A DNA stretch of 60,760 bases from assembly GCA_017539215.1 (NCBI GenBank), contig JAFYHI010000032.1:1-60760 (forward strand), read 5' to 3'. The position numbers and the translations under genes are program-made. The stretch is from Clostridia bacterium. Lineage in GTDB: Bacteria; Bacillota; Clostridia; Christensenellales; CAG-138. Each line of letters begins with the position of its first letter. Position 1 is the first letter of the stretch. The notes under the pieces are model-generated. The model was not told the origin of the DNA. It searched no databases and worked only from the letters and a program-made list of their open reading frames with translations. Positions 1 to 8,684 of this stretch are shown here, piece by piece.

Positions 1-2
1 GT

Positions 3-98
3 GACGAGTACGACGAATGGCGTTACCGGTATGCGCTTCACGGGAAGCGCTTTCACAGGATGAGCACGGCCATTGACATTGACCTTCCGGTCGACTGA
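3..98 (+). CDS. 3' fragment of a CDS entering the window, probably an XRE-type regulator of an integrative element
   Basis: Frame 3 reads DEYDEWRYRYALHGKRFHRMSTAIDIDLPVD*. EYDxWRYxY resembles, from memory, the C-termini of HTH regulators in clostridial mobile elements. Followed by a terminator. 5' part is outside the window. Confidence 0.4.
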   Translation, partial: DEYDEWRYRYALHGKRFHRMSTAIDIDLPVD

Positions 99-121
99 TA
101 TTCGGTTTTCAAGGTACGAAA

Positions 122-156
122 AAAGCCCCCAACTGCTCGCAGCAGCCGGGGGCTTT
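122..156. terminator. Intrinsic terminator-like hairpin
   Basis: aaagccccc (122-130) pairs with gggggcttt (148-156), with inner ctgct/agcag stem. Confidence 0.7.
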
Positions 157-209
157 CAATACGTTTGCCGGGAGGGGAAAAACCTTCCCGTAAGCCTTTT
201 GCCGGACCG

Positions 210-322
210 AAAAACGGTCCTACAAGCACAGGCGACATCAATATGCAATCAAATCGGGTTTTGGCCTATAAAAAACCCAGTGTTTACAAGGCTTTTTTAA
301 GGCCGTGTCATCACTCCCACTC
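210..322. mobile_element. Probable attachment junction of an element integrated at the guaA 3' end
   Basis: guaA 3' end carries GAGTGGGA (minus strand, 315-322), a known island-integration core. The adjacent AT-rich aaaaacccagtgtttacaaggctttttt resembles tyrosine-integrase element ends. The partner repeat is not in the window. Confidence 0.45.
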
Positions 323-1834
323 TATCGTTCCCGGGGGCTTATCGGTGATATCGTAAACTACGCGGTTGACGTGGGGAACTTCGGCGATGATTCGGTTGGA
401 GATCTTGCGCAGCAGCTTATGGGGTATCTCTGCAAACTCGACGGTCATTGCGTCGGTGGAGACCACGGCGCGGACGCCGATGGCGTAATCGTAGGTGCGG
501 CTGTCGCCCATCACGCCGACGGAGCGCATGCCGGTGAATACGGTGAAGTACTGCCAGATATCGCGGTCCATACCGGCCTTTTTGATCTCGTCGCGGAGTA
601 TCCAATCGGATTCGCGCAGGATCGCGAGCTTTTCCTCGGTGATCTCTCCAAGCACGCGGATGCCCAGGCCGGGGCCGGGGAAGGGTTGACGCCAGACGAG
701 CTCCTTGGGCATCCCGAGCGCCTCTCCTATGGCGCGGACCTCATCCTTGAAGAAGGGGCGCAGGGGCTCTAAAAGCTCAAAGCCGAACTTTTCGGGCAGT
801 CCGCCCACGTTGTGGTGGCTCTTTATCACAGAGGCTCCGCCGGAACCGGATTCGATCACGTCGGGGTAGATGGTGCCCTGCAGCAAAAGCTCGGCGCCGC
901 CTATCTTTTTTGCCTCGCGCTCGAAAACGCGAACGAAGCTTTCGCCGATTATTTTGCGCTTTTGTTCGGGCTCGGCAACGCCCGCGAGCTGCGAAAGGAA
1001 GTACTCCTTCGCGTCGACCTCTATCACGTTAAGGCCCATGTTCTCGCGGTAGAAGTGCATCACTTCCTCCGCCTCGTTTTTGCGGAGCAGGCCGTGGTCT
1101 ACGAATATGCAGGTGAGGCGGTCGCCGACGGCGCGTGAAACGAGCGCGGCGGCAACGGAGGAATCGACGCCTCCGGACAGCCCGGCCACCACGCGGCGCG
1201 AGCCTACGCGCCGGCGTATGTCGTCTATTATGCCGTCTATCAGCCCCTCGGGGCTCCAGCCGCCCTTGCAGCCGCAGACGACGTGGGTGAAATTATAAAA
1301 GAAGCGCGCGCAGTATTCGGTATGCGCCACCTCGGGGTGAAACTGCACGGCGTACAGGCGCCGCGCGGCGTTCTCCATCCCCGCGATAGGGCAATCCGCC
1401 GTGCTCGATATCGCGCGGAAGCCCTCCGGCATGCGGGTGACCATATCGTTATGGCTCATCCAAACGGTGGAGTCGGGCATGTCCTCAAACAGGGGAGAGC
1501 TCTCGAAATGCGCCCTGACGCCCGCGTATTCCCTGACGGGAGCCTTTTCCACCATGCCGCCGAGCATGTGCGTCATAAGCTGCATGCCGTAGCAGATGCC
1601 CAGCACGGGCACGTCCAGCTCAAACACACCTTCAAGGCACCTGCGTCCGTCCTCGGCGTAAACGCTGTCCGGGCTGCCGGAGAGTATCACGCCCGAAAGC
1701 CCGTCTCCCTTTATGCGCTCTATGGAGCTCATCGGCGGGAGCAGCTCCGAGTACACGCCCTGCTCGCGCACTCTGCGCGCAATAAGGCGGTTGTACTGAG
1801 CGCCGAAATCCAGTATCACTATCCTTTCCATCAT
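311..1834 (-). CDS. guaA: GMP synthase (glutamine-hydrolysing)
   Basis: ILDFGAQY, GICYGMQ (GATase Cys), QFHPEV, SGGVDSSV, IKSHHNVGGLP, C-terminal KPPGTIEWE. Confidence 0.98.
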   Translation of the reverse strand: MMERIVILDFGAQYNRLIARRVREQGVYSELLPPMSSIERIKGDGLSGVILSGSPDSVYAEDGRRCLEGVFELDVPVLGICYGMQLMTHMLGGMVEKAPVREYAGVRAHFESSPLFEDMPDSTVWMSHNDMVTRMPEGFRAISSTADCPIAGMENAARRLYAVQFHPEVAHTEYCARFFYNFTHVVCGCKGGWSPEGLIDGIIDDIRRRVGSRRVVAGLSGGVDSSVAAALVSRAVGDRLTCIFVDHGLLRKNEAEEVMHFYRENMGLNVIEVDAKEYFLSQLAGVAEPEQKRKIIGESFVRVFEREAKKIGGAELLLQGTIYPDVIESGSGGASVIKSHHNVGGLPEKFGFELLEPLRPFFKDEVRAIGEALGMPKELVWRQPFPGPGLGIRVLGEITEEKLAILRESDWILRDEIKKAGMDRDIWQYFTVFTGMRSVGVMGDSRTYDYAIGVRAVVSTDAMTVEFAEIPHKLLRKISNRIIAEVPHVNRVVYDITDKPPGTIEWE

Positions 1835-1923
1835 GCCGTCCTTTCATGGGAACGGGGGAGACCCCCGAAAACTATGGAGCTATTTTACTCCATACCGCGG
1901 CGCAAATCAAGAAAAAATATAAG

Positions 1924-3207
1924 TTATATCTCCCTGACTCGCCTGTTGAACAACAGCGACAGCGCCGCCGCCGTAAAGCCCGCCGTGCATACTGCCAGCA
2001 GCACTGTGCTGCCGAAATACTGCAGTATCGCGCCCGCAAGCACGGAGGATATGGGTATCAGCCCCTGCGAGGCTATGCTGATTATGCTTGAGACCTTGCT
2101 CAGCTTGTCCTTATCAACTATGCGCATCACGGCGGTATTGAGCGGTATGTTTATGAGCGAGAGTATAACTCCCAGCACGAGCGAACCGGCGCACATGAAC
2201 ACCAGAAATATGTTCAGCCCGCCGCCGCGGTCCACGGCAAGATAATATATCAAAGCCGCAGCCGCCATCACGGCCGCCATCAGGCATATCCTCAGCGAGG
2301 TTTTGAAGCCCACCTTGTCGCGCGCGGGGCGGGTACTGAGCACCGCTGCGCCCGCAAGCGAGCTTATTCCGAGCAGCACCTCAAACACCGATACCCACAG
2401 CTCCGGAGTAAGGAACCCGTCAAACAGGTACGAGGGCGCGGAGGCTATGTCCGTCTTTACGAAATAGGGCAGGAAATTGCTCATGACCGGGGACATGAAA
2501 AAGTTTATGAACAGCATTGCGCCGAGCATCGCAAGCAGAGCCTTTTGCGCCCTGAGATAGCGCAGGCCCTCGCCCATATCGGCGATTGCCAGCCTGACGG
2601 TCAGCTTTTCGGCGGGGAGCGCGGCATCATAGCGTATGAACATCTCCGAAACGCCGGAGGCTACATAGCTCAGCCCGACTAAAAGGAACAGCGTCCGTAT
2701 GTCGAGCGCGGCGTACAGCACGCCCGCAAGCACCACGCCGAATATGCTTTGCAGGGAGTTTTTGATGGAGTTGTATGAGTTTGCCTGCTGAAGCATTTCT
2801 TCGGCCACGATATGAGGCGTCAGAGCGCCGGCTGCGGGGGAGAATATGCCGCTTATCGCGCTGCCCGCTATGCCAACGGCAAAGAGAATGGCAAGGTGCG
2901 CCCCGCTTTCGTTGAACAGCAGCATCAGCAGCGCGGCAAGCAGGATGAGCCCGCCCTTTATATAGTCGCAGATGAACATGATGCGCGCCTTGTTGAACCT
3001 GTCGCCAAGCACGCCGCCTATGGGGGTAAGCACAAGCATGACCGCGCCGCACAGGGCAAGGTACAGCCCCTGCAGAAAAGCGTTGTTGCCGCTGACGTCA
3101 AGTATGTAAAAGCTCACCGCAAAGCTGTAAAGCAGCGCGCCAAGCTCCGACACCAGTGCGCCGAAGAACACCAGCCGATAGTTTCTGACTGAAAAAACGT
3201 TTCTCAT
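1924..3207 (-). CDS. MFS transporter (DHA3/MefA-like)
   Basis: About 12 hydrophobic segments; motif-A-like GGVLGDRFNKARIM. Confidence 0.85.
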   Translation of the reverse strand: MRNVFSVRNYRLVFFGALVSELGALLYSFAVSFYILDVSGNNAFLQGLYLALCGAVMLVLTPIGGVLGDRFNKARIMFICDYIKGGLILLAALLMLLFNESGAHLAILFAVGIAGSAISGIFSPAAGALTPHIVAEEMLQQANSYNSIKNSLQSIFGVVLAGVLYAALDIRTLFLLVGLSYVASGVSEMFIRYDAALPAEKLTVRLAIADMGEGLRYLRAQKALLAMLGAMLFINFFMSPVMSNFLPYFVKTDIASAPSYLFDGFLTPELWVSVFEVLLGISSLAGAAVLSTRPARDKVGFKTSLRICLMAAVMAAAALIYYLAVDRGGGLNIFLVFMCAGSLVLGVILSLINIPLNTAVMRIVDKDKLSKVSSIISIASQGLIPISSVLAGAILQYFGSTVLLAVCTAGFTAAALSLLFNRRVREI

Positions 3208-3309
3208 TGGGTAAAGTCCTTTCGTTTCGGTAACGACAGGATACTATGCGCTGCGCGGTTGCACAAGCAAGTCTGCTTTGCGCCCCTGCAACCTTGGGTT
3301 TCGCGGCAT

Positions 3310-3338
3310 AAAAAAGCCGCGCCTGCTGTCGGCGCGGC
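3310..3338 (-). terminator. Intrinsic terminator after xpt
   Basis: gccgcgcc/ggcgcggc stem followed by a U6 tract on the minus strand. Confidence 0.8.
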
Positions 3339-3344
3339 AATGGT

Positions 3345-3947
3345 TTACGGCTCCTGTTCGCAGATCGGCCCGTCCTCTTTGCGGAACACTATGTTGCCCG
3401 GCTCCGCATGCTCCACTATCGCAAGGGAGTAAACGTCTATGCCTCTGGCGCGCAGCCTGTCGCCGCCACCCTGAAAGCCCTTTTCAATGGCTATGCCTAT
3501 GCCGACGAGCTTTGCTCCGACCTGCTCCACTATTTCGACCAGGCCGCGCACGGCCTCGCCGTTTGCCATGAAGTCGTCCACTATCAGCACCTTGTCGTCG
3601 GGGCTCAGCCACTCGGCGGAAACTATCAGCGTGACCTTTTTCTTGTAGGTATAAGAGAATATCTCGGACTTTACAAGGCCGCCCTCTATGTTATCGGACT
3701 TGGCCTTTTTTGCAAAGAGCAGGGGCACGCCCAGCTCGTCCGCGGTGATGGTGGCAAGGGGTATGCCGCTTGCCTCCACGGTCATGACCTTTGTTATCTC
3801 GCGGCCGGCAAAATGCGCGGCGATGTCGCGCGCAATGCTGCGCATAAGGCCCACGTCCACGCGGTGGTTCATAAACCCGTCAACCTTTATGATATCGCCG
3901 GGCAGCACGCGGCCTTCGGCGACTATCCTTTTCTGAAGCTCGTTCAA
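3345..3947 (-). CDS. xpt: Xanthine phosphoribosyltransferase
   Basis: IKVDGFMNHRVD, TVEASGI, FAKK, VLIVDDFMANG, IEKGFQGG. TTG start at 3947 after an AAGGGGG RBS. Confidence 0.93.
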   Translation of the reverse strand: MNELQKRIVAEGRVLPGDIIKVDGFMNHRVDVGLMRSIARDIAAHFAGREITKVMTVEASGIPLATITADELGVPLLFAKKAKSDNIEGGLVKSEIFSYTYKKKVTLIVSAEWLSPDDKVLIVDDFMANGEAVRGLVEIVEQVGAKLVGIGIAIEKGFQGGGDRLRARGIDVYSLAIVEHAEPGNIVFRKEDGPICEQEP

Positions 3948-4023
3948 AGCTGTCCCCCTTTCAAAACAAACAAACTGCGAAGACCCGCGCATGCACACGG
4001 GTCCCCTTTTTGCGGCAAAGCCG

Positions 4024-4665
4024 TTATATCTTTGTATAGCCTGCGGCGTTTACCAGACCGTCCAGCTTGCGCCCGCGCTTGCAGTACGGGCATTCGGAGG
4101 ACTGGTAGGAATGGTAATCGGGCACGTCGTCGGGCGAGAACAGCTTGTGTATGGGTACGCCCGCCATGTCGTCGACGGCCGAGAACAGCGCGGCGACGCC
4201 CACCAGATGCCCGCCGTAATAGGCGATGCACTCAAGCGCCCTTTCAAGGCTCCTGCCGGTGGAAACGGTGGAGATAAGCACCAGCACCGACTTGTTTGCG
4301 ACCAGGTTCTGCACGTCGCCCGAGAAAACGAGCTGACCGGAGGAGTTAGACTCCGGCGTGATAACGTAAATGCGGTGGCGTTCGTTCACCCCGCGAGAGC
4401 CCGGCTCCGTTAAAATGTCCGCCACATAAGAGCCTATGACCTGCGTGTATTCAAGGCAGATGATGGTGTCGACGGGCTTGGAATGCGAATAGAACTTTGC
4501 AAGCTCGCGCGCGCAGAGCTTTGCCATATGGCAGTTGGTGCGCATATCGGTAAAGCCCATATAGTGGTCGATATGCGAATGGCTCGTTGCAAAATGCCCT
4601 ATCGAAACGCTGAGCTTTATGTTCTTGTTGCTTTTACAGCTGACTTCCCAGGTATTGGAATTCAT
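4024..4665 (-). CDS. Type I PRTase-fold protein (orotate PRTase-like) with degenerate PRPP loop and C-terminal CxxC
   Basis: GHFATSHSH, VLVLISTVSTGRSL in place of the VVDD...TG loop, ECPYCKRG; TTGCAC-17-TATAAT promoter upstream. Confidence 0.7.
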   Translation of the reverse strand: MNSNTWEVSCKSNKNIKLSVSIGHFATSHSHIDHYMGFTDMRTNCHMAKLCARELAKFYSHSKPVDTIICLEYTQVIGSYVADILTEPGSRGVNERHRIYVITPESNSSGQLVFSGDVQNLVANKSVLVLISTVSTGRSLERALECIAYYGGHLVGVAALFSAVDDMAGVPIHKLFSPDDVPDYHSYQSSECPYCKRGRKLDGLVNAAGYTKI

Positions 4666-4868
4666 TGTGCCGCCTCCTTCGCTTGATTAAATAATTATAT
4701 CACAATCGAAAAGGGTGTGCAATATAAAAAAGTGGGCAAAAGGAAACGCCGAACGCGGCTTTAATTGTCCGAGGCTTTAAAAAACATATTGGATTTTTGA
4801 AAAAAGATTTATAATCATGTTAGGTTCAGCCCTTTTTAAGTGATTTATATGTGAGGAGGTGATATCGT

Positions 4869-5372
4869 TTGCCCGTGAACGATATGGAAGGGGGCACGCG
4901 TGCGCCGGAGCGCGAGCTTGAGGCCGCAATGCGCGAATACTCCGATATGGTCTATCGGATCGCATTGACGCGCCTTAAAAACGTGCAGGACGCGGAGGAC
5001 GCGCATCAGGAGACCTTCCTCACTTTTTACCGCAAAAACAAGCGTTTTTCGGATGAGGAGCACAAAAAGGCATGGCTCATCCGCGTAACGCTCAACTGCT
5101 GCGGGCGTGAGCTTGCAAAGCGGAAAAAGCACGCGGCACTTCCGCTTGAGGAGGCGGAGGCGGCGGTGGAGCAGCGGTTTGAAAGCCCCGCGCTTACGGC
5201 TGTCATGGGGCTTGACGAGAAGCTGCGCACGGTAACGGCGCTGTATTATTTCGAGGGGCTTTCCGCAAGGGAGATCGCTTCCGCACTGCGAATAAGCGAG
5301 GGGGCGGTTTTTATGCGGCTTTCCCGCGCAAGGGCGAAATTGAGAGAGGAGCTGAACGAGGAATGGATATAG
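4869..5372 (+). CDS. ECF sigma-70 factor
   Basis: DAEDAHQETFL, KAWLIRVTLN, region 4 YFEGLSAREIASAL...RLSRAR; GAGGAGG RBS. Confidence 0.9.
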   Translation: MPVNDMEGGTRAPERELEAAMREYSDMVYRIALTRLKNVQDAEDAHQETFLTFYRKNKRFSDEEHKKAWLIRVTLNCCGRELAKRKKHAALPLEEAEAAVEQRFESPALTAVMGLDEKLRTVTALYYFEGLSAREIASALRISEGAVFMRLSRARAKLREELNEEWI

Positions 5373-6415
5373 AGGAGATCAAAAAGGAACTGGCCCCGCG
5401 TGAGGGGCTTAGGGAGGAGGCGCTTGAGCGGGTGCTTGCAAAGGGCCGCGGGAATGCGCGCTTCCACTTTAGGGCGGCGCTTATCTGCGGCTTCGCGGCC
5501 ATTGCCGTCGTGGTGCTGGGCGCCGTGCTTATACCGAAGGGCGAAAAGCCCTCTGCCGAGGCGGAGAATACGCAACGGCCGGAGCCGACACTGAGCAGTA
5601 CCGAGAGCAGTGCCGATAGCACCGCTCAAAGCACGGCGCGGCGCACGCCCAAGCCGGAAATGGGCACCGATGTTTCGCTTGCCGAGTTTGCCGAAGGCAC
5701 GGATCTTTTTTCGCTCATAGATTCCGCCTCGGTGATAATAAAAGGGATTGTTGAAAGCACTGTCGAAAGCGAAACGCTCGATTTCGTCAGCTATGCGGAG
5801 TTTACCGTAACGGAATGCATTCGCGGCGATATCGGTCCCGGCGATACCGTTCCCGTGAGAGCCAACCTCGGAGAGAAGTTGCGTACCGGCAATGAGTATC
5901 TGCTTATGGTCAATCCCATGGCCTCCGTTTTCGAGGGGCGCGAGCTTTTCTATCAGATCGATTCGTATTTCAGCTCCGTCCACGATACGGAATTCAGCGT
6001 GCTAGAAGGCGCAAAGGGCGCGGGCTTTGAAGAGATCGTTGAAAAGGTAAGGGCATACGCCGCCGATAACGAATACTCCGGCAGCGACGTCGGGCGCGGC
6101 TTCTACTGCACTTCGGAGGATATAAAAGATATCGTGGATTATTCCGAGATCGTCGTCCGCGTAAGGGTAAATGAAACGTTCTATGACGGCACGCCGGACA
6201 GGACGAGCTACACCTGCGAGGCCTTGGAATGCCTTAAGGGAAACACCGCAAAGACGATCGACGTGGTCGCCCTGAAGCACGCAATGGAGCCCGGCGGCGA
6301 ATACCTGATGCTGCTTACGCGCTCGTGGGAAGAGCTTTACACCGTTTCAAGCCGAAACAGCGTTTTCCCGGCCGAAAGCCCGGAGGCCGTGCAGATCGCG
6401 GCAATGCTCGGGTAA
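5363..6415 (+). CDS. Membrane-anchored putative anti-sigma factor
   Basis: Overlaps the sigma gene; short cytoplasmic N-terminus, one TM helix, extracellular part with two similar beta-rich repeats. Confidence 0.6.
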   Translation: MDIEEIKKELAPREGLREEALERVLAKGRGNARFHFRAALICGFAAIAVVVLGAVLIPKGEKPSAEAENTQRPEPTLSSTESSADSTAQSTARRTPKPEMGTDVSLAEFAEGTDLFSLIDSASVIIKGIVESTVESETLDFVSYAEFTVTECIRGDIGPGDTVPVRANLGEKLRTGNEYLLMVNPMASVFEGRELFYQIDSYFSSVHDTEFSVLEGAKGAGFEEIVEKVRAYAADNEYSGSDVGRGFYCTSEDIKDIVDYSEIVVRVRVNETFYDGTPDRTSYTCEALECLKGNTAKTIDVVALKHAMEPGGEYLMLLTRSWEELYTVSSRNSVFPAESPEAVQIAAMLG

Positions 6416-6432
6416 GGGTTTACACAAAATGC

Positions 6433-6468
6433 AAAGGAGCGCGCCCCATAAGCAGGGCGCGCTCCTTT
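6433..6468. terminator. Bidirectional terminator
   Basis: aaaggagcgcgccc/gggcgcgctccttt between convergent genes. Confidence 0.85.
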
Positions 6469-6491
6469 TATCTGCGTTTTATCTGCGTCGA

Positions 6492-6983
6492 TCAGAGGGG
6501 AAGCTTGGATTTGATGAACTCGATAACGGCCTTTATCTTTTCGCCGATCTCGCCTTCAAGGCCGAACTTGTCCTTCAGGGCCTCGATTATCTTGTTAACG
6601 ATGTCGGGCAGGGCCAGCCCCTGGCTCTCCGCGCCGGAACGGACGGAGCCGACCACTTCGTTCACCTGCTCGCCCAGCTCGCCGTCAACGGGCAGCTTGC
6701 CCATTATGCTCTCAAAGAAAGCGCCTATGTCGGGCAGCTTGTCCTTAACGGTCTCAACAACGTCGCCCGCCTTGTCCTTAAGGTCCTCGACTATGTCGCC
6801 CGCCTTGTCCTTGGCCTCCTCGGCCTTGTCCTTGACGTCCCCGATCACGTCCTCGGCCTTGTCCTTAACTTCCTCAACGGCGTTCTCAGCGCCTTCCTTG
6901 GCCTCCTCGGCCGTCTCCTCGGCCTTGTCCTCGCCCTTCACGAAAAGGTTCTTGATCTTGTCGAAAATGGTCTCGTCTGCCAT
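6492..6983 (-). CDS. Acidic helical-repeat protein (LEA/YtxH-like)
   Basis: Start MADETIFDK after AAGGAG; repeated KDKA units (VKDKAEDVIGD/VKDKAEE/AKDKAGDIVED/LKDKAGDVVET). Confidence 0.6.
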   Translation of the reverse strand: MADETIFDKIKNLFVKGEDKAEETAEEAKEGAENAVEEVKDKAEDVIGDVKDKAEEAKDKAGDIVEDLKDKAGDVVETVKDKLPDIGAFFESIMGKLPVDGELGEQVNEVVGSVRSGAESQGLALPDIVNKIIEALKDKFGLEGEIGEKIKAVIEFIKSKLPL

Positions 6984-7139
6984 ATTGGTATCTCCTTCCG
7001 TAATTGCATTGTCGGGCGCTTCGCGCCCTTCTTCATATATTATATCACCCGCGTTCGCCGTTTGCAACAGCAAAAGCCCCGTGCAATTGTGTATTTTTGC
7101 GTACAATGAAGGGGATTTTGGCAGAAAAAGCCGCCCCCG

Positions 7140-8195
7140 TCAGCCCGCAAAGTATTCCTCCATGCACAGTCCGCTTGCATGGATCTTCGTTGCCAGAGAT
7201 ACACCTACATAGCGGAAATGCCAGGGTTCGTTTTTGACGCCTGTGATATGAGTTTTATCAGCCGGATAGCGGAGAATAAAACCGAACCTGTAGGCGTTGT
7301 TATAAAGCCAGACGCCCTCCGGCGTTTGACCGAACGCGGCATCCTCCTGCGGGAAGTCGGTGGAGGCCAGATCTACTGCAAGCCCTGCGACGTGCTCGCT
7401 TGCGTTGCCGGGCATTACGCCAACAGGGTTAGAGTAAGGATCATCCCCGTAGTGCGGATCCTGAGCAAGCTTGTTGTTCCACATTTGCCACTGCTTTTCC
7501 ATTGTCCGATACGCGCTGTTGATTCGATACTTACAGGTGATGCCATCCTTATACGCGGCTTCAAACATCTTCTTGAGCTGGACGCCTACCTCATGCTGAA
7601 TCAATATTGATTCGGATTTAACTGTCCCCGATGAACCCAACAGGGCCTTAGCGTTGACAAGATCGTGGGGAACGTACCCGTCGGGAAGACGATGCTCGAA
7701 GTTAATGAGCATGGATTTCTCGGAATCTGTTAATGGTTTATGTGTAGGAGCCGGAGTCGCCGTAGGTTTCGGAGTAGCCGTAGGCTTTGGCGTAGGAGTC
7801 ACCGTAGGCTTCGGCGTCGACGTTGCCGTTGGTCTTTGCGTCGCCGTAGGCGCAGGAGCGGCCGTAGGCTTGGGCGTTGCCGTGGGTGTCGGCAAGGGCG
7901 TAGGCGACGGTATGGGCGAGGGGGTAGGGGAAGGAATGCACGTCGCAGTAAGTGTCGGGGCTGATGTGTCCGAGGGTAATTTCTTTATTTGTTCGTCCTT
8001 TGGGACTACTGCTGCTTCTTCAGTGGGCGCTGAAGTGACATCCGGTCCCTCCATAGATCCGTTTAAGGTAATTGCCGCCTCGCTGGGGACATAAGCATCA
8101 TTGGCAGATCCAATCGATTCCTTGACAGATCTGCTGCAGCCGGCAAATAAGAACGCTAACGCCGCAAAGATTATAGCGGTCAGAGTCTTTTTCAT
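7140..8195 (-). CDS. Lipoprotein D-Ala-D-Ala carboxypeptidase, peptidase M15B (VanY/LdcB-like)
   Basis: Lipobox FAGC, P/T linker, SAYRT, SEHVAGLAVD, EPWHFRYVG. Confidence 0.9.
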   Translation of the reverse strand: MKKTLTAIIFAALAFLFAGCSRSVKESIGSANDAYVPSEAAITLNGSMEGPDVTSAPTEEAAVVPKDEQIKKLPSDTSAPTLTATCIPSPTPSPIPSPTPLPTPTATPKPTAAPAPTATQRPTATSTPKPTVTPTPKPTATPKPTATPAPTHKPLTDSEKSMLINFEHRLPDGYVPHDLVNAKALLGSSGTVKSESILIQHEVGVQLKKMFEAAYKDGITCKYRINSAYRTMEKQWQMWNNKLAQDPHYGDDPYSNPVGVMPGNASEHVAGLAVDLASTDFPQEDAAFGQTPEGVWLYNNAYRFGFILRYPADKTHITGVKNEPWHFRYVGVSLATKIHASGLCMEEYFAG

Positions 8196-8334
8196 ATCAA
8201 ACTTCCTTTCTTATTTTAGTATAACGGGGTTTTGAGCAGAGTGCAAATCTGCAAACGCTGTACCGAAGGTTTTATTTTGACCGGCTGAAAGAAGGAAAAA
8301 GAAAGAGCAGTGCCCATTATCATGTACTGCTCTC

Positions 8335-8355
8335 TGGTACACCTTCAGGGGCTCG
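8335..8355 (-). repeat. att direct repeat (duplicate of tRNA-Lys 3' end)
   Basis: tggtacaccttcaggggctcg is identical at 8335-8355 and 12464-12484. Confidence 0.93.
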
Positions 8356-8489
8356 TCTTGCGCGTCGGCTTGCGCAACGGAATGCAAGTCAAACAAAAGC
8401 CGGAGGCACTAAACGGCAGGAAGCGAAAACCGTGCTGCTGGGGTTCTGCTAGGATGCATGCTTTGATAGTGCTATATATACACCCCATT

Positions 8490-8669
8490 TCACCGAAACG
8501 CAGAGCGGTTCTTTTTCTTTTTGTCCTGCTTTAGAAACTCAGAAAGAACCATCTCAACAGCCTTCGTTTTTGTCCTTCCTGTTTCCGTACAAAACGCCTC
8601 TAATTCTTCGTGTATCTGACGGTCAAGCCTGATATTAAGGAATTTCGCATCTTTTTTCTTTCTCGGCAT
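8490..8669 (-). CDS. Small ribbon-helix-helix DNA-binding protein (59 aa, below ORF-track cutoff)
   Basis: Manual translation MPRKKKDAKFLNIRLDRQIHEELEAFCTETGRTKTKAVEMVLSEFLKQDKKKKNRSAFR; GGAGG RBS; alternating strand FLNIRL, helix, Gly turn, helix. Confidence 0.75.
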   Translation of the reverse strand: MPRKKKDAKFLNIRLDRQIHEELEAFCTETGRTKTKAVEMVLSEFLKQDKKKKNRSAFR

Positions 8670-8684
8670 ATCAGTCCCTCCATT

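Noticed and set aside
3948-4023. Purine riboswitch upstream of xpt
   Set aside because: Spacer too short and lacks the aptamer consensus
7738-7935. Tandem repeats in the M15 peptidase gene
   Set aside because: Ordinary Pro/Thr linker coding sequence
7140-8195. Vancomycin resistance locus
   Set aside because: Only a VanY/LdcB-like peptidase; no vanH/A/X/R/S genes
8310-8534. ORF containing LVHLQGL, and the 11624-12505 ORF ending WYTFRGSNPGHPD
   Set aside because: These are translations of the antisense tRNA/att sequence, not integrase remnants I can support
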